DNA of 64,000 nucleotides from contig NW_024704743.1 in NCBI RefSeq assembly GCF_018977255.1, positions 51,462,001 to 51,526,000 on the forward strand, written 5' to 3'. Of this stretch, positions 1 through 13,500 are shown one piece after another. This DNA is from Callorhinchus milii. Taxonomy: Eukaryota. Both the position numbers and the translations under genes were made by a program. Numbering within the stretch: the stretch's first letter is position 1; each line of letters opens with the position of its first letter. Under the pieces are notes generated by a model. It had not been told where the DNA came from and made no database searches. It was given only the letters and a program-made list of their open reading frames with translations.

Positions 1-1287
1 TTATGAGTTGGTTAAAACTCACCCAAGAGTGAATGAGTCCATTTCAAATGGTACATTTCTCTCCATACTTGAAATGTCAATCTTGTCCACTTTGTCTAGC
101 GAAAGGAATTGAACATATGAATTCATAAACACAGATGACACTGGTAACAATAGTGCCAATTCATGTTCTTTGAAATTTAGTCATTTTCCAGTAACTATTT
201 GGAATACCTTTTGAGTCATATTAGGAGACCTTATACAATTTCCATTCAATTACATTGATGTCCAGTTTTTTCCAAATTGCAGACCAGACCTTCAAACCAC
301 AGATATCTAAATCTGGTGCATTAAAATCATATTGCTATTTACAGAGGAGAAAATAGAAACATGTCATAAAATAATAATACAATTCTGTTGCCATCTAATG
401 CTTTAGTGCTAGTTATATAAAAATACAACTGCATTGTACTTTAACATGACCATGTTTTAATCTGTCCACTGCATCTGATTCCTGACATATTTCTTTGTGT
501 GGTGTGGTAACCTAAACTTTTAATTGTAGCAAGTCACTGTCTTGTTGAATAATTTAGTTTTCCCCAATTGCACATTTTAAAATGTCTACAGGCCAAGTCC
601 AACAACCCTTGACAAAATGATCTACCAGGTTGCTTTAGTAACATATTTTTTCAACATCCATGAAAATACACTGAGTGAAAGGTATGAAGATAATGGTATA
701 ACAAGCTGGACTGCCTCCAGACAACAGTGAGGCCAATGTGATTCTGCTGTGGCCTCTTGCACTGTGTAAATATCTCAAGCCTACGAACTGTGCATGCATT
801 ATCTGCTCATACAGTCTGTGTGCTGAAGCTTCACCCATAGCTCAGCTTCTAATACTTTCAATGGTAATGTGTTTTCATTTTGAATAGTTTTATTCAAAGG
901 TCCATGATATTGAATGGCATCAAATGTGATGCCAAATAAAAATTTCCAATGGTGTAACACTCTACCAAATTTAATTTGTGTAGGTGAGAGATTAGGGTTG
1001 CTCTCAATCTCAAGTGTTTGCACAATGACATCCAGATAGTAGGGGATTTGTAGCAGTGGGATTTTAAATTATTTTTAATGGAGTTAAAATGATGCCAAAT
1101 ATCCTATTGTAGAATGAACAGTAGAATATTTATGTGTTCCTTTATAACATTATATTTAACAGTGAATATCTTTTTGTGACAAGTTATATTTTTATATTTG
1201 GTTAACACCTACAGTATTCAAAATATGGAAAGTTTCAAATTATATCAGGAAATTTTTTTCCTTATTTCTTTGTTAGAAAATCTTCTA

Positions 1288-1530
1288 ATTTTCTTCTCCC
1301 TCCTCACCTAAAGGCACTGACTCATTTTGCAGTACAATTCCACAACGGGAGAAGTGGTGGTCGGGGGGAGGAGGGTCATTGGATTATGTTTATGGTCGGA
1401 AAAAGGAACCATAGTTGATTATTCCCTTCCCTTAAACTAGGAGTGGCAAAACCAGTGAAAGCATTGAAATCTCTTCCACAGCTGAGATTAGCTACATCAG
1501 CCTAGGATGGTGATCAAACATGGGATTGTT
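1288..1530 (-). mobile_element. SINE family B, degenerate
   Basis: ttctccctcctcacctaaaggcactgactc (3' end) and cagctgagattagcta (5' part) match other family B copies. Confidence 0.6.
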
Positions 1531-1659
1531 ATTTGTTTATTGCCCATAAATTTATAACCCTGAATATTATTAAAAGAGAATGAGAAAAACCAATGGGAAA
1601 TATTCTTATGTCTAAAAGGGCTGTTCTATTCTGTTTGCTAACTGTAGTGAACAGTTAAA

Positions 1660-1810
1660 TAATAACAATAATAATAATCCTTGCATTTGAAGTAGTGCCT
1701 TATCACCTCCTCGAAACCTCTCAAAGCATTTCACAGTATACACTGTAAAGTGAATTGACTATATTTTGACTATATATTGCGCTCAGCAATTGGAGAATGT
1801 GGCTGCACAG
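1660..1810 (-). mobile_element. SINE 3' fragment (family A / Deu-type tail)
   Basis: ataatccttgcatttga...tcaaagcatttcacagtatacactgtaaagtgaattgact matches the family tail. Confidence 0.85.
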
Positions 1811-2899
1811 ATAGATCATGCCGTGAAACAAATTCCTTATGGGGAACTTTTCAACCGAGGCTTAAAAATAGGTATACAAGAGTTATGCAAAAATATTTAA
1901 AATAGGCAACTGAGCTTGTTAAAAGGCCATGACTGAATAAACCTAACATTTCTGCTCATGTGGGAGGTCATTTAAAATGGTGACTTAATGCCTCCTGATC
2001 TGATCCACTTTTATGCCTTATGAGTAACTACTGTTTGCTATTGTAGGAGGGCATTGGAAACTATAGATGATGATTAAACAGTATATTTTGTCAGTGATGG
2101 AGCTCAAAAGTACAGTTGTAGTACAGGTGTCGCCAGCCAATTCATTTGACACCATGACATTTCTGGAAAAGATTAATACAAATATGTTTGAACTCTGAGC
2201 AAGATGTGATTTGAAACTCTTTTAACGTATGGGATGCATTTGTGTTGTATATATTTTAGGCTTGTGTCAGGGAGCAGCTAATGTGTGTGCTTATGTAAAG
2301 CCACGTTCATAACACAAACTGCTACAAGCCAGAGACTGGAATGGGTGTAAATATGTTACATCTGTACTAGGACTGTCCCCCTATGAGATTATAAAATTGC
2401 AGATCAAGCTTGGCTTGTTTAAATGGAATTCAAGTTGGCTGGCTTGCCACAGTCAAAGACCAGTATGTGGGAAGGCCATGAAGACAGTGACAGAATTATG
2501 TGACATACTGCAAGACAATTCAGAGCCAAGCTTCACTATTCAGTACACTGTGACTGTACAGATGACTACCACATTCAAGGTTTATGCAACAGGAAGCATT
2601 CAAGTGCCAAAGGGAAACTTATCTAGAAGGAGCCAGGTGTCTATTTCCAGATACATCTAGGAATGTAACAGATGTGCTCTTTCAACATGCTTCCCATTAT
2701 ATAAATCTTAATATGGCTCACATCACAGCAACGCAGCAGTTGTTTTTTAACAATGCATAATAAATTATACACATATTCCTAGTACTGCAGCCAACAAAAA
2801 CAGACTGGGTTTCATCAACAGGAAAGGATTCCATTCTATAAATGTTCCAGTGGTGTGTACCCACAGGCAGCAAATATTGCATGCCAATGCTCAGGAATA

Positions 2900-3352
2900 G
2901 GCAATAACAAGAACAACAGCAACAACAGCATTTATATAGTGCCTTTCACATGGGATCTACATCTCAGAACGCCTCACAATGGCAGGTTGGCTGCTGAGCA
3001 AGGAAGAGGGAAGACCAAAGGCGTGCTCAAAAGAATAGTTTTTCAGGTTGATTTAAGGATAGATAAAGAAGGATGAGGCAGAGGGATAGGCAGGGAGCTC
3101 CAAACAATAGGGGTTTTGTGATTGAAGGTGGCACAGATGGGGCATGGGAACATGCAAGATTTCTGTGTTAGATGAACATAGGGATTAGGCAGAGGATTGG
3201 GGCACAAGCAGATCAGAAATTTAGGAAGCTGCTAGGGAGTGAAGGGATTTATATGTCCGGGTGAAGACCTTGAAATCGATCCATTTGGAGACAGGGGAAC
3301 AGTGGAGCCTGATGAAGATTGAAGCAGTGGTTGGTATGGGTGAGGATGCGAC
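2900..3352 (-). mobile_element. L2 3' fragment, old
   Basis: Tail caacagcatttatatagtgcctttcac. ggtgaagaccttgaaatcgatcc is homologous to about 5534-5556. Confidence 0.82.
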
Positions 3353-3394
3353 AGCTCTCATATCTCATATATTCAGAGCAATAAATTTGCAGAA

Positions 3395-3615
3395 AATAAA
3401 TAGCCCAGCATCAATCCCTGGTCAGGGTCGAGTTAGCTGATTTCAGCTGTGGAAATGATTCTGGCACTATAGTTGTTTTTCCTACTCCCATATCCTCTGA
3501 TATTTAGGGAGTATTCCAGGGAGATATAGTAATCTGTTGATAGTTTCTGAGTGACAATGGGATGGCATTCACATTATGTATTGACAATAGATATCTGACA
3601 TGATCACTCTTCTTT
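3395..3615 (+). mobile_element. SINE family B, degenerate fragment
   Basis: tcaatccctggtcagggtcgagttagctgatttcagctg matches the segment after the B box. Confidence 0.55.
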
Positions 3616-4065
3616 CAAACCTTGGGTCACCAGCAATATGTTAATACAAACAGTATTATGCTGGGATGGATTGGGAGAGCATGGGTGTGAGAGGTACAGT
3701 ATGCTCCTGTAAAATCAGCCAAATAAAATAACTGTGTGTTGCATGCTCCATAAATAACAGTTATCTCCATTGAAGCTGTTGAGAAGCTGCTCCCACATCT
3801 CTTGTTCTGGCTGAGAGTTTGCACAGACCTGCTGCCACCAGGAGTGATATCCAGCTGCTCATGTGCTGCATCACGCAATGGTGAAGAATAGCAGAGCCAG
3901 ATGCCCGTTGATCTCTTTGAGCGCAGAACAGTGCATATTCCAGTTTTGGAAACCATCTGCAATGGATAAATGAATGATTTTTTTTACAATGGAGTCGAAT
4001 ATGGCCTTAATTGACTCCCTTATTACAACTTTCAATGTGTCAGCATTGGTATTATAATTATTTTT

Positions 4066-4284
4066 ATAATAATAATCCTTGCATTTGATATAGCGCTTTT
4101 TACGTCTTCTAGATGTCTCAAAGCACTACACAGAATATGCTGTAAAGTGAATTGACTGGATATTTGTGGGCGAAAGTGGCAGCCAATTGCACACAGCAGT
4201 GTCCCACAAACAATCGTGGATTGAAAATGACCAATTTATTATTGTTTTCGTTTTTGGAGAGATTATTATTAGGCATGTGGATTA
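4066..4284 (-). mobile_element. SINE family A, 5'-truncated
   Basis: Reverse complement of the 3' two-thirds of 8961-9283, including the tail. Confidence 0.9.
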
Positions 4285-5168
4285 GGAGGACACCTGAGAG
4301 AAGCTTATGACTGAGTTATTCACTGGCTTTGCTGTTGGTATTGCCACAATCTCAGTGCTGACCACAATGAGAAATCTCCTGTTACATATCTTTCCACCTA
4401 TTGGAAATGGCATTAGTTATCAGAGCAAACCGTTCATGCTTTTGACATCCAGACCACCTTCTACAGAGTTTTCATGGAAGTAACTGAGTAATAATTCACC
4501 ACAGAAACCGCTTTGACCGCAATAGCTACCTCCAGTCATCCTCTGTGGAGTCCTGGCATATTGTGAGGATTTGTTGCAACCTCAATAAAGCAAATCATTT
4601 TGTTCTTTGACACTGAGCACACAAGGATGCCAAGGGTCTTATCAGTGAAACAATTTACACTAATCTGACAGTTCTCAATTGTAGCCTGCACTTCTCCCAC
4701 TCCATCACTACAGTAGCCCAACCTGTCTTTTTAATATAATGCAATCAATAATATTGTGGTTTATCTATTTTGTTCCTGTTAGAATTCCCATTGACCCATG
4801 GGAATTCTATTACAGAAATAGATTGCATCAGAATCCCCAAAGGTCAGTATATTCTTTATAATTAAGGTAAAGAAGCTCAATTGGTAGATAAACAATTTCA
4901 CCCACATTTAAGTTTTGAAATCAGAAGTCACAAACTGTTTTTGATGTCTGTGACTGCATTGGCATTTCAGCCAGGTGGATTTTCTGATGTGAGCGATAAC
5001 CAAAATAGATCCCAATTTTCACAGAATTTTCTGGGGGAGAAATGGGAAAAGTTCTGTTAATTACCTGCTAATTTTTTATTTTGCGAATGAAATCCAACCT
5101 TAATGGTCCTGACTTACAAAGGAACTGGATTACTTATTAACGAATTCTCATATGAAATAGTAAAATTA

Positions 5169-7066
5169 CAACAAGAACAACTTGGATTTATATAGCGCCC
5201 TCCATACCAGACGGCATCTCAGAGCACTTCACAGTAACGGATCCCGGGGCTGAGCCAGGGGGAAGGGGAGGAAGGTGACCAAAGGTGCGGTTGAAAAGAA
5301 ACGTCTTCAGCAGAGACATAAAAATAGGAAAAGAGGGAGCGAGACGAAGGGAGTGAAGAAGGGAGTTCCAGAGCTTTGGGGCATAGTGGCTGAAGGAATG
5401 ACCGCTGAGGGTGGAGCGGAGGACACAGGGGACAAGGAGGAGGCCAGACCCGGAGGAACGAAGGCAACAGGCACTGTTTTGAGGAGAGAGGAGTTCAGAG
5501 AGGTAGGGGTGTGTGGAGGGATTTGAAGACAAGGGTGAGGACCTTGAAGTCGATCCTCTCTGGGATAGGCAGCCAGTGTAGTCTGGCAAGGATTGGGGTA
5601 ATCGGGGAGCGGAGTTTGGTGCGGGTGAGAATGCAGGTGGCAGAGTTTTGAATAATCTGGATTTTATGGATGGTAGTGGAGGGGAGGCCGGTGAGGAGGA
5701 CGTTTGAATAGTCCATCCGAGAGGTGACAAAGGCATGGACCAGGGTTTCAGCGGCTTTCGGAGAGAGGTATTGGCGGAGACGAGCGATGCGTCGGGCGTG
5801 GAAGAAAGCGGTGCTGGTGAGGGACCGGATGTGGGGAAGGCTGGATAATTGGGGGTCGAACCTGACGCCTAGGTTGCATACGGGTTTGGAGAGATTTAGG
5901 GAGAGGTTGGGTAGGTGGAGGAGGTGAGAACTATGAGATGCTAGACGTTGACGAGAGCCAAAGAGCATGGCTTCCGTCTTGTCAACGTTCAGCTGAAGGA
6001 AATTTATGCTCATCCAGCCCCTGAGGTCTGACAGGCAGGCTGACAGAACATCAGGGGACTGGGGGTCGCAAAGTGAGGTGAAAAAATAGAGTTAGGTGTC
6101 GTCCGCATACATGTGGAAATGTACCCCATGTCTGCGGATGACATCCCCAAGAGGGAACATGTAGATCAGAAAGAGGAAGGGGCCAAGGATGGATCCTTTA
6201 ACTGGGTGAGAGTGGGAGAAGAAGCCGTTTGTGCGGATGTACTGCTGGAGGTTTGTGAGGTAGGACTCGAACCAGGCGAGTGCGGTACCACTGAGGTGGA
6301 TGACAGAGGAAAGGCGGTGGAGGAGGATGGCATGATCGACTGTGTCGAACACCGTGGAGAGGTCCAGGAGGACAAGGGGGCAGAGGGAGCCCTGGGCACA
6401 GATAGAGAGGATGTCATTTGTGATTTTCACAACCGCAGTCTCTGTACTGTGGGCAGAGCGGAAACCGGACTGGAAGGGATTGAAGGGGTAGTGGGAGGAG
6501 AGGTGTGCGCAAAGTTGATTGGCAACAACGCGTTCTAGGATTTTTGCGAGATAGGGCAGGTTAGAAATAGGGCGGTAGTGGCTGGGGGATCTAGGGAAGA
6601 TTTTTGAGGAGGGGGGTGATGACAGCAGTTTTGAGGGGGACAGGGACTAATCCAGAGAAGAGGGACTGGTTGATGATGTCAACCATTAATGGGCAGAGGA
6701 GGGGGAGCTGGGTGACCAGCAAATTGGTGGGGAGGAGGTTGAGGCAGCAGGTGATGGGTTTCATGGAGGTGATGGTCTGTGAGAGGGAGGAGGGAGATGA
6801 GAAGGAAGGAATGTAGGATTGATGATGGGGAGGGTGAGGGAGACAGAGAGGGGGTAGTGGTGGGTGACAAGAGGCAGGTGGATGAGGCTGCCTGGGGGAT
6901 GTTGTGTATTTCAGATGAAAAGAAGTCCATGACCTCCTCGCACTTGGCATTTGATATGAAGATTGAGGAGACCTGAGGAGGGGCACGGAGGAGGTAGTGG
7001 GTGGTAGAAAAAATAATTTTAGGGTTGTGTTTCGCCTCCAAGATGATGTTGGAGTAGAAGGCCGTT
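5169..7066 (-). mobile_element. L2-clade LINE, 5'-truncated and decayed (RT domain, C-terminus and 3' tail)
   Basis: Broken minus-strand ORFs give LVLLDLSTVFDTVDH, GSILGPFLF and HMYADDT followed by a stop (YADD at 6098-6109), then NFLQLNVDKTE, LVHAFVTSRMDYSN, ITPILARLHWLP and APKLWNSL. The minus-strand 3' end reads GGCGCTATATAAATCCAAGTTGTTCTTGT. Several frameshifts and stops. Confidence 0.95.
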
Positions 7067-8960
7067 TTTGTGTGTTTTTCCATGAAATTAGACTCCATTG
7101 TTAGATGATCAAATATCATTCATTGTTGTTCTGCTCATTGGACAACTCACATTTGGAAACAGGAGCAAATTGACTAATGACAAATTGCAACAATTAATTG
7201 AATAGGCACTCTTCATGATTTGCTGACTAAATGACTATCATTACAAATGTATGGGATACCTGCATTTTATGCCAAGAGCAAGATAGTAGAGATGTCATCT
7301 ACAAAATCAAATGTAATGCCTTGTTGCAGAATATCAAATGTTGCAGGTCTACCACTTTTGAAAATAATGTCAGATGCACACATGGAAAAACCTAAGATTC
7401 TTCACGTCTGTCATCAGGTATCCATCGTCTTTAATTGCAAAGCTGCTTTCTTATCTGTGCAGTCAGATGAGACTTGAAACTGTTTAGAACCCGAAGAGAC
7501 CTGAATTGTCTGCCCGATTCGCCCTTATGCACACAACACAGCTTCTAATAGATAAGAGAATTTTAAGAAATATACTGTATAGATATATAAAATAACAGAT
7601 GTTCAAGGTGAAATCGCAAAAGGTAAGTGTTTCTTTCCTGGCTTTTTCCTTAAAAGTGCACAAATCATGGTCAAAATCCATGAAGGGCGACTTTTGTTAT
7701 TCATCAGAGACTTTTCATGATGTTGTCCTTTTGTACTGAGTATAAGTTTCTGATGTTTTCCGGAACCAAACAGATGGTTACAGAACAGTTCTGTGAAGAT
7801 CTAAACTGAAATAATCTCACACTTCTTAAAATGTCACAGACCTGCAGAAAATGTTAATGGTTGCAGAGTTCAAATAAAAATCATGCTTGTTCATAGTGTT
7901 GAGTCTTGATCCAATGCTCTACCCTCCACATAGAGATTTGACATCAAAAAAACCTTCTAGGCAGATGTTTTCATTGTTAAGGGCCTGCCCTCTTAAACTT
8001 TGGAGCAACATAATATTTCTGTTGGCAAGGGTCAACAGTGCTCGGTGTACATCATCACTAACTTATTAGATCTTGGAGCAATTAGCTCAACACAAACAGA
8101 ACAGACAAACCCATCATTGAGCTACAGGAACCAGAAGAAAATAGCCTGTGGCACTCTGTTATTTTAGCCTAGCATCAAAGGCCAGCCATTCGCATTGGCA
8201 GAAAAAAGAAGTGCATTGTTGTGGTGCAATATGTAATACAGTAGGAGGTTATTCCGCATTATTTTTCCAATGATTTGGGTTACATTCAGGCTCCACTGTT
8301 CTAATAGCATAGTGGAAAGAACTTTTCACCTGGGCACTATACGCATTGTGCTGCATGGCTAGCTCAGGATTAAAATCCTTTCAGATTCATCCGAGACACA
8401 GGATATCCAGCTACTGCTTGTGAGGGGAATGTAAGATCCCTGTCATTAATATCAAAACACACTTCATAATATTACTTAAAGAGAGAGGAAGTAAGAAGAC
8501 AGGGGCATGAAATCTGATCCTATAAACTTTATGCAGAGTGTTGAAGGGAGCAGGATGGTGTTTAACAGCTTGAGTGGCTTTGGAAGATTTGTTGGATAAC
8601 ACAGAAAGTGTTTTGCAATGTGCAATAAAACTACTAATTGTTGCATAATATATTACAACAGATAATGAAAAACATCAAAGACCAAATAAAGATGTTCACT
8701 TGTTTAGTTCCCATTATTTGCTGCTCTGTATAGCTTTCTGGTGACATTTTATGATTTAGCGTTAGGCAAACATTATCCTTTGACTGAAATAGAAAATTTA
8801 CAAAGAGTAAATTGCTGCAATTATCTTAATAAACCAGCTTTACTTACTTCCTTACTTACTGTATATTATTTACTAATTTAAGCATGTTTACAAAGTTTGC
8901 ATCTAGACAGAGATGTAATTGTGTAAACCAAGATTAAATCAATTTATTTATAATTCAATA

Positions 8961-9283
8961 TGTGGAGTCCTGTAGCTCAGTGGTCAGAGCACTCGCTTTG
9001 CAAGTGAGAGACCTGAGTTCAATTCCAGGCAGGGCGAAACCTTGGGCAAGTTTCCTTACTCCACAAGCCTAATAATAATCCCTCCAAAAAAACAAAACAA
9101 TAATAAATTGGTTATTTTCAATTCGTGAATGTTTGTGGGACATTGCTGTGCGCAATAGGCTGCCATGTCCGCCCACAAATATACAGTCAATTCACTCAAC
9201 AGTATATTCTGTGAAGCGCTTTGGGACGTCTAGAAGATGTGAAAAGCGCTATATCAAATGCAAGAATTATTATTATTATTATT
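8961..9283 (+). mobile_element. Young tRNA-derived SINE (family A, short form), full length
   Basis: A box TAGCTCAGTGG, anticodon-like arm ctcgc-tttgcaa-gtgag, B box GAGTTCAATTCC, body GTTTGTGGGACA-TGCTGTGCGCAA, L2-like end AGCGCTATATCAAATGCAAG and (ATT)n tail. Near-identical to other copies in the window. Confidence 0.95.
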
Positions 9284-9544
9284 AATATCTTTGTACACCA
9301 TAACAACTATAAGTTGCATTTGTATAGTGCCCTTCACACAGGAGTGCTTTAAAAGAAAAGCATCTCACTCACTCTGCAGCTATTATAGTCAGGAACTGAG
9401 GTTTTCATTCCAATCTTTTCTTTAGATATTTTGAGCATTAGCCCTGAAGGTCACGTAATTAGATCTTTGATTTTGACTGCATCACAATCTTATGCAATGG
9501 GTGTTTAGTAACTTTAAATATTCCCTTTGTAATTAGGTATTAGA

Positions 9545-9782
9545 CTGGCTCAGTCTGTAGCACTCTCACCTCTGAGTCTGAAAGTTGTAGGTTCAAGCAC
9601 CACATCAGTATTTGGAATTCCTATAGTCTAGGCTGACTCTCCAGTGCAGTGCTAGGGGTGTGCTTCATTGTTAGAGATGCAGTCCTTTAGATGAAATGTC
9701 AAACTGAGGTTAAAGATGTCAAACTGGATGTTAAAAATCCCATGACAGTACTTGAAAGATACTACTTGAAAAGAGGAGGGAG
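9545..9782 (+). mobile_element. DeuSINE 5' half
   Basis: ggctcagtctgtagcactctcacctctgagtc...ctaggctgactctccagtgcagtgct...aaaatcccatgacagta. Confidence 0.82.
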
Positions 9783-9954
9783 ACATGAAATAAAATAAGT
9801 ATATTATTAAGTATTATTATAGATTAAATTTGCAATATTCCTTAAACTAGTGCCAATGTCAACACTAATTTAAGGAATTGGTGAGGAACACTGTAAATGT
9901 TACCCCTATTTTTTTCAAATTAAAATGTTTAATTGCTTGTTGGTTTATTTATTT

Positions 9955-10401
9955 TGCAATGTCCTCCCCCTTCAGCCCCTCCTCCTCAGCTGAAGATGCT
10001 GCATTTTACTGGGATATACTTTCATAGATGGCAGCAGCCTCATTCTTTGTGTGTCAAGATAGTGAGTGTTGTCAGCAACTATTCAATGAATGGGCAACAG
10101 AGCTAAGCTTCACTCTGTTTTCACCCAAAATCCACACAAGTTCATGTCCCAGAAGTGGGCACTAGATAGCATCAGATTTACAATTTACATTTATAATGTG
10201 ACTTTCACATTGGGAGGGCATCCAAAAGCACACAAATCAGAAACCATGACTGATTTTCCCCTACCCGGTTCAAGATGCAAGAGATAACTGTAGTTCTGCA
10301 ATTCATCACACTCAACACACACTAACAATTGAACCTGGGGCTTTCTGGCCCATATAGTTCAGTGCTATACCAGATGGAGCTTTTGCCCATTGAGCCAGCA
10401 G
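9955..10401 (-). mobile_element. Ancient tRNA-headed SINE (family B), near full length, with an L2 tail inserted at about 10176-10235
   Basis: Reverse complement begins ggctcaatgggcaaa...ccaggttcaatt, contains ggggaaaatcagtcatggtttc and gaatagttgctgacaacactcact, and ends cttcagctgaggaggagggg. The same modules recur at 1290, 36040, 39930 and 60310. Confidence 0.72.
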
Positions 10402-11439
10402 AGTTTGCATTAGATTTTATGAGGGAGTAAATCTACAAATACTGTAATTCCCTCATATGCCAATGTGGCTGATCTGCTGGCTGATCTGCCTACCATAAAG
10501 GGGCACTGTTTTAGATTTATTGAAGTGAATAGGGGAATTCTGCAGTCTTTGGTCCACCAAAGAAAAGTTCTAAACACCAACACAAGAACCATCATACATG
10601 TAAGCACTTATGTTACGGCATTTATGGAAAACTGAAGAAGCACAAACAAAGAGAGTGAAAAATCCTGAAATTTCAAATATTTCAACACATTGTCATCATC
10701 TCCGTCGACGTCTAGACAGGATGTGAAATGTTATTTAATGCACAGAAAAAAACAAGGAGATAGGTGGAATTGGTAATGTAGGCTACCCCACTGGGGATTG
10801 ACCTTTCCAGCTTTTAAAATATGCGCATCTTATCTGTCAAGTATACAGACAAAACTGAATTTCTGTAAATATCTGATGAAGTCTGTTAAATGCTAGAGTT
10901 GAAAACATGGACAAAGCTGAAAGCAATTCTTAATGAACATACCAAAAATGGCATACATATTTATAGATAAAATATGCTCTGCTTCATAACCAATGTGATA
11001 TGCTACATATTTATCCCAATATTTCTAACTTTATTGCAGATCAGTGCAATGGTGCCAAAAATCTACAATTAGTGTCTTAAAAGCTCATATTTAGTGAGGC
11101 CATTGAGGAGCTATTAAACATCGGCTAACAGTGAGTTGTTAAAAATGACAATGTTTTCCAAATGTTTGAATTTATTGCTATTTCATCTTACATGGTTCAA
11201 CCCAAAAGAGTGAGGGATTAGTCTCCCAATTGTATATTAGTTGGATATCAGCAGAGACAGCGCTTGTCAAAGTCACTGTTAAGCGCTCCAAGATCCTACA
11301 CTGCATGAAGGGCTCTTTATAAATGCAAGTTCTTGTTGTTGTATCAAATCAACAAAGTCACGGAAGTATAATGTGATCAAATATTTCAGTGAAATAGCAA
11401 AAGGAGCTCATGTTCCTGTTTCAGCACCTCATGTCTTAT

Positions 11440-11720
11440 TATAATAATAATTTAATACAATAATAATCCTTGCATTTGACATAGTGTCTTTCATGTCAGG
11501 AGGATGTTCCAAAGTGCTGCACAGTATTTACTGTGAAGTGGAGTGACTGTGTACTTCTTGGCGAATGTGGCAGCTTACTTGGGCACAGCCATGTTCCACA
11601 AACAGCCATGGAGTGAATGACCAATTTTTTGGGGGGATTGCCAGATGGGACATCACCTCCGACAATGCAACCCCCCCCACCAGCATTGTATTGGTGCGTC
11701 AGCCTACAGTACGTGAGTAT
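11440..11720 (-). mobile_element. DeuSINE with internal deletion
   Basis: Tail taataatccttgcatttgacatag, body cccacaaacagcc-like segment, and gtcagcctacag (reverse complement of the aggctgac motif). Confidence 0.72.
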
Positions 11721-12919
11721 TGATACAACAAAGCATAACTTCTCTATGGCAATGGGAAAACTTGTACTAAAGCACACATGTCACAGAAATATACTCTGCT
11801 GTGAACCTTTGTTCTCCATTAGTGGTACCAAACTAAACTGGATTGCCTAAATGAATACAAACTGGTAGATACTGGCAAATGCCTTTCCCGAGCCAGATGT
11901 AGTATGGTTTCTCGAGGTACAAGTAAAGTTGATCTGCAGGTCCCCAAACATCCAACTAAAATCTACTGGCAGAAAATGCTGGCCGAGCTTTGTGAATGCC
12001 ATTATGTTGGCTATGGAGAATCGGCCTTTAAAAAATATAACTATGTCAAATAATTTTACTCCATTAGAATCTATGTATAAAAATATAAAATCTGAAATGG
12101 TATGAAAGAACTGGGAAATAAAACACATTAAAAGTAAAGTTTAATTATTTTGGCATGTTATTGCTGATTTTATTAATTAGCATTTTCACTTATATGTATT
12201 TGATCGATCACAGGATGTCTGTCTGAGTTATATTTCTGCTTGAGGTGATCACTACAGGATATGTGAAGCTGGCCAAATGTGTCTTTGTGGTAAGGTGACA
12301 CCCGAGATGTTCTGGAGCTGTCAATCTTTAACATTCAGGAGATGCCCTTGATGATCAGCAGCAGAACATGACATTGTTGGAGATGGTTCTGTGGGGTTAG
12401 GGCTGCAGACATGTGTTAGTTCCAGACTCTCTGTCTGTTAATCTTTGTATTATTGATTTCACTGTCTTGGCTCTCGCTTCTTAAATTCTGAATATACTTC
12501 TGCGTGACCACTGCTTAAAGGTGCAGTGCCTCACAATCAATGTTGCAAGTTGTAATTGTACCAAACACTTTGAGACATCATCCTGATGTAAAAGGTGCTA
12601 TGTAAATTGTAGTGTAAAGTTGTGTTGCATAATGATGACATTTAAGAAAAGTATGCCCTGATCTGTTTGAAAAACAGAGGTTAACAATGAAGGATTCACA
12701 AACAGAAAAGAGCCGAAAAGTCAGATTAAAAAGCCAGAAACAAAAATGGCCTTTCTGAGTCTTCAAGATCACAATTTTCCAAATACTTTTAGCAAATTCT
12801 ATCATGCAAATAGAACATAATTAATCCAGTAATCCAGTAACTTCCGGTTTGTAAATGCCACAGTTTCATTCTCTTTCTGGTCGGGTATTGTTACATCATC
12901 TCATAGCAGGAATGAATGT

Positions 12920-13017
12920 CCGTCACCTCACAACAGATATGTATGCCTGTCACCTCACAACAAGTACTTTCGGCCTCTCACCTCACAAAGTACTTTAACT
13001 AACTACTTTTGTCACCT
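12920..13017. repeat. Short degenerate tandem repeat, unit about 27 bp
   Basis: tcacctcacaa occurs three times and gtcacct a fourth time, with aagtacttt repeated. Confidence 0.65.
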
Positions 13018-13019
13018 AG

Positions 13020-13500
13020 TTCACCAAAAAAGCTAGAAACACATACTTGAAAAAGAAAAATGTAAAACGTTATGAGGAAAAGTTAAAGCAGTAAGGACTA
13101 AACGGATAACTCATAACATGATGCTATATCAAATGCATATATCAAATGCAAGGATTATTATTATTATTATAATTGAGCTGTTACAGACACAATGGGTCCA
13201 AAGATCTGAGCTATGAAATTCTATGATTACATTCTCTAACTGGGTATCAACTGAAACTTTTTTAATGGATGTTACATGCTTTACAAAGATTTACAACATA
13301 TGTACAACATGGAAACAGGCCAATCGGCCCAATCAGTCTGCGCTGGTAATTATACCCCACGTAAAGTTTCACACATTCCTTCACTCCCTCCCACATCCTT
13401 CTATTTCCCTCTCTGTCATGTGAAGGTCTAGCTTCTTCTTGCATGGATCTATACTATCCAATTAACCTGCAACTTCAGGCAGCGCATTCCTGATGGCCAA
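13020..13500. mobile_element. Two CR1 3' ends tail to tail (plus about 13020-13230 with a SINE tail inside; minus about 13290-13500)
   Basis: The plus copy ends gacacaatgggtcc...aaattctatgatt. The minus copy starts acaacatggaaacaggccaatcggcccaa. Confidence 0.6.

Noticed and set aside
7480..7630. Possible exon ending at AAG/GTAAGT (about 7622)
   Set aside because: No recognisable protein similarity and no strong acceptor, so it cannot be supported without transcript data.
8961..9040. tRNA-Ala(TGC)-like sequence with A and B boxes (also at 14875, 41877, 50444, 52664)
   Set aside because: It lacks a well-paired acceptor stem and continues directly into a shared body and (ATT)n tail, so these are SINE heads rather than tRNA genes.
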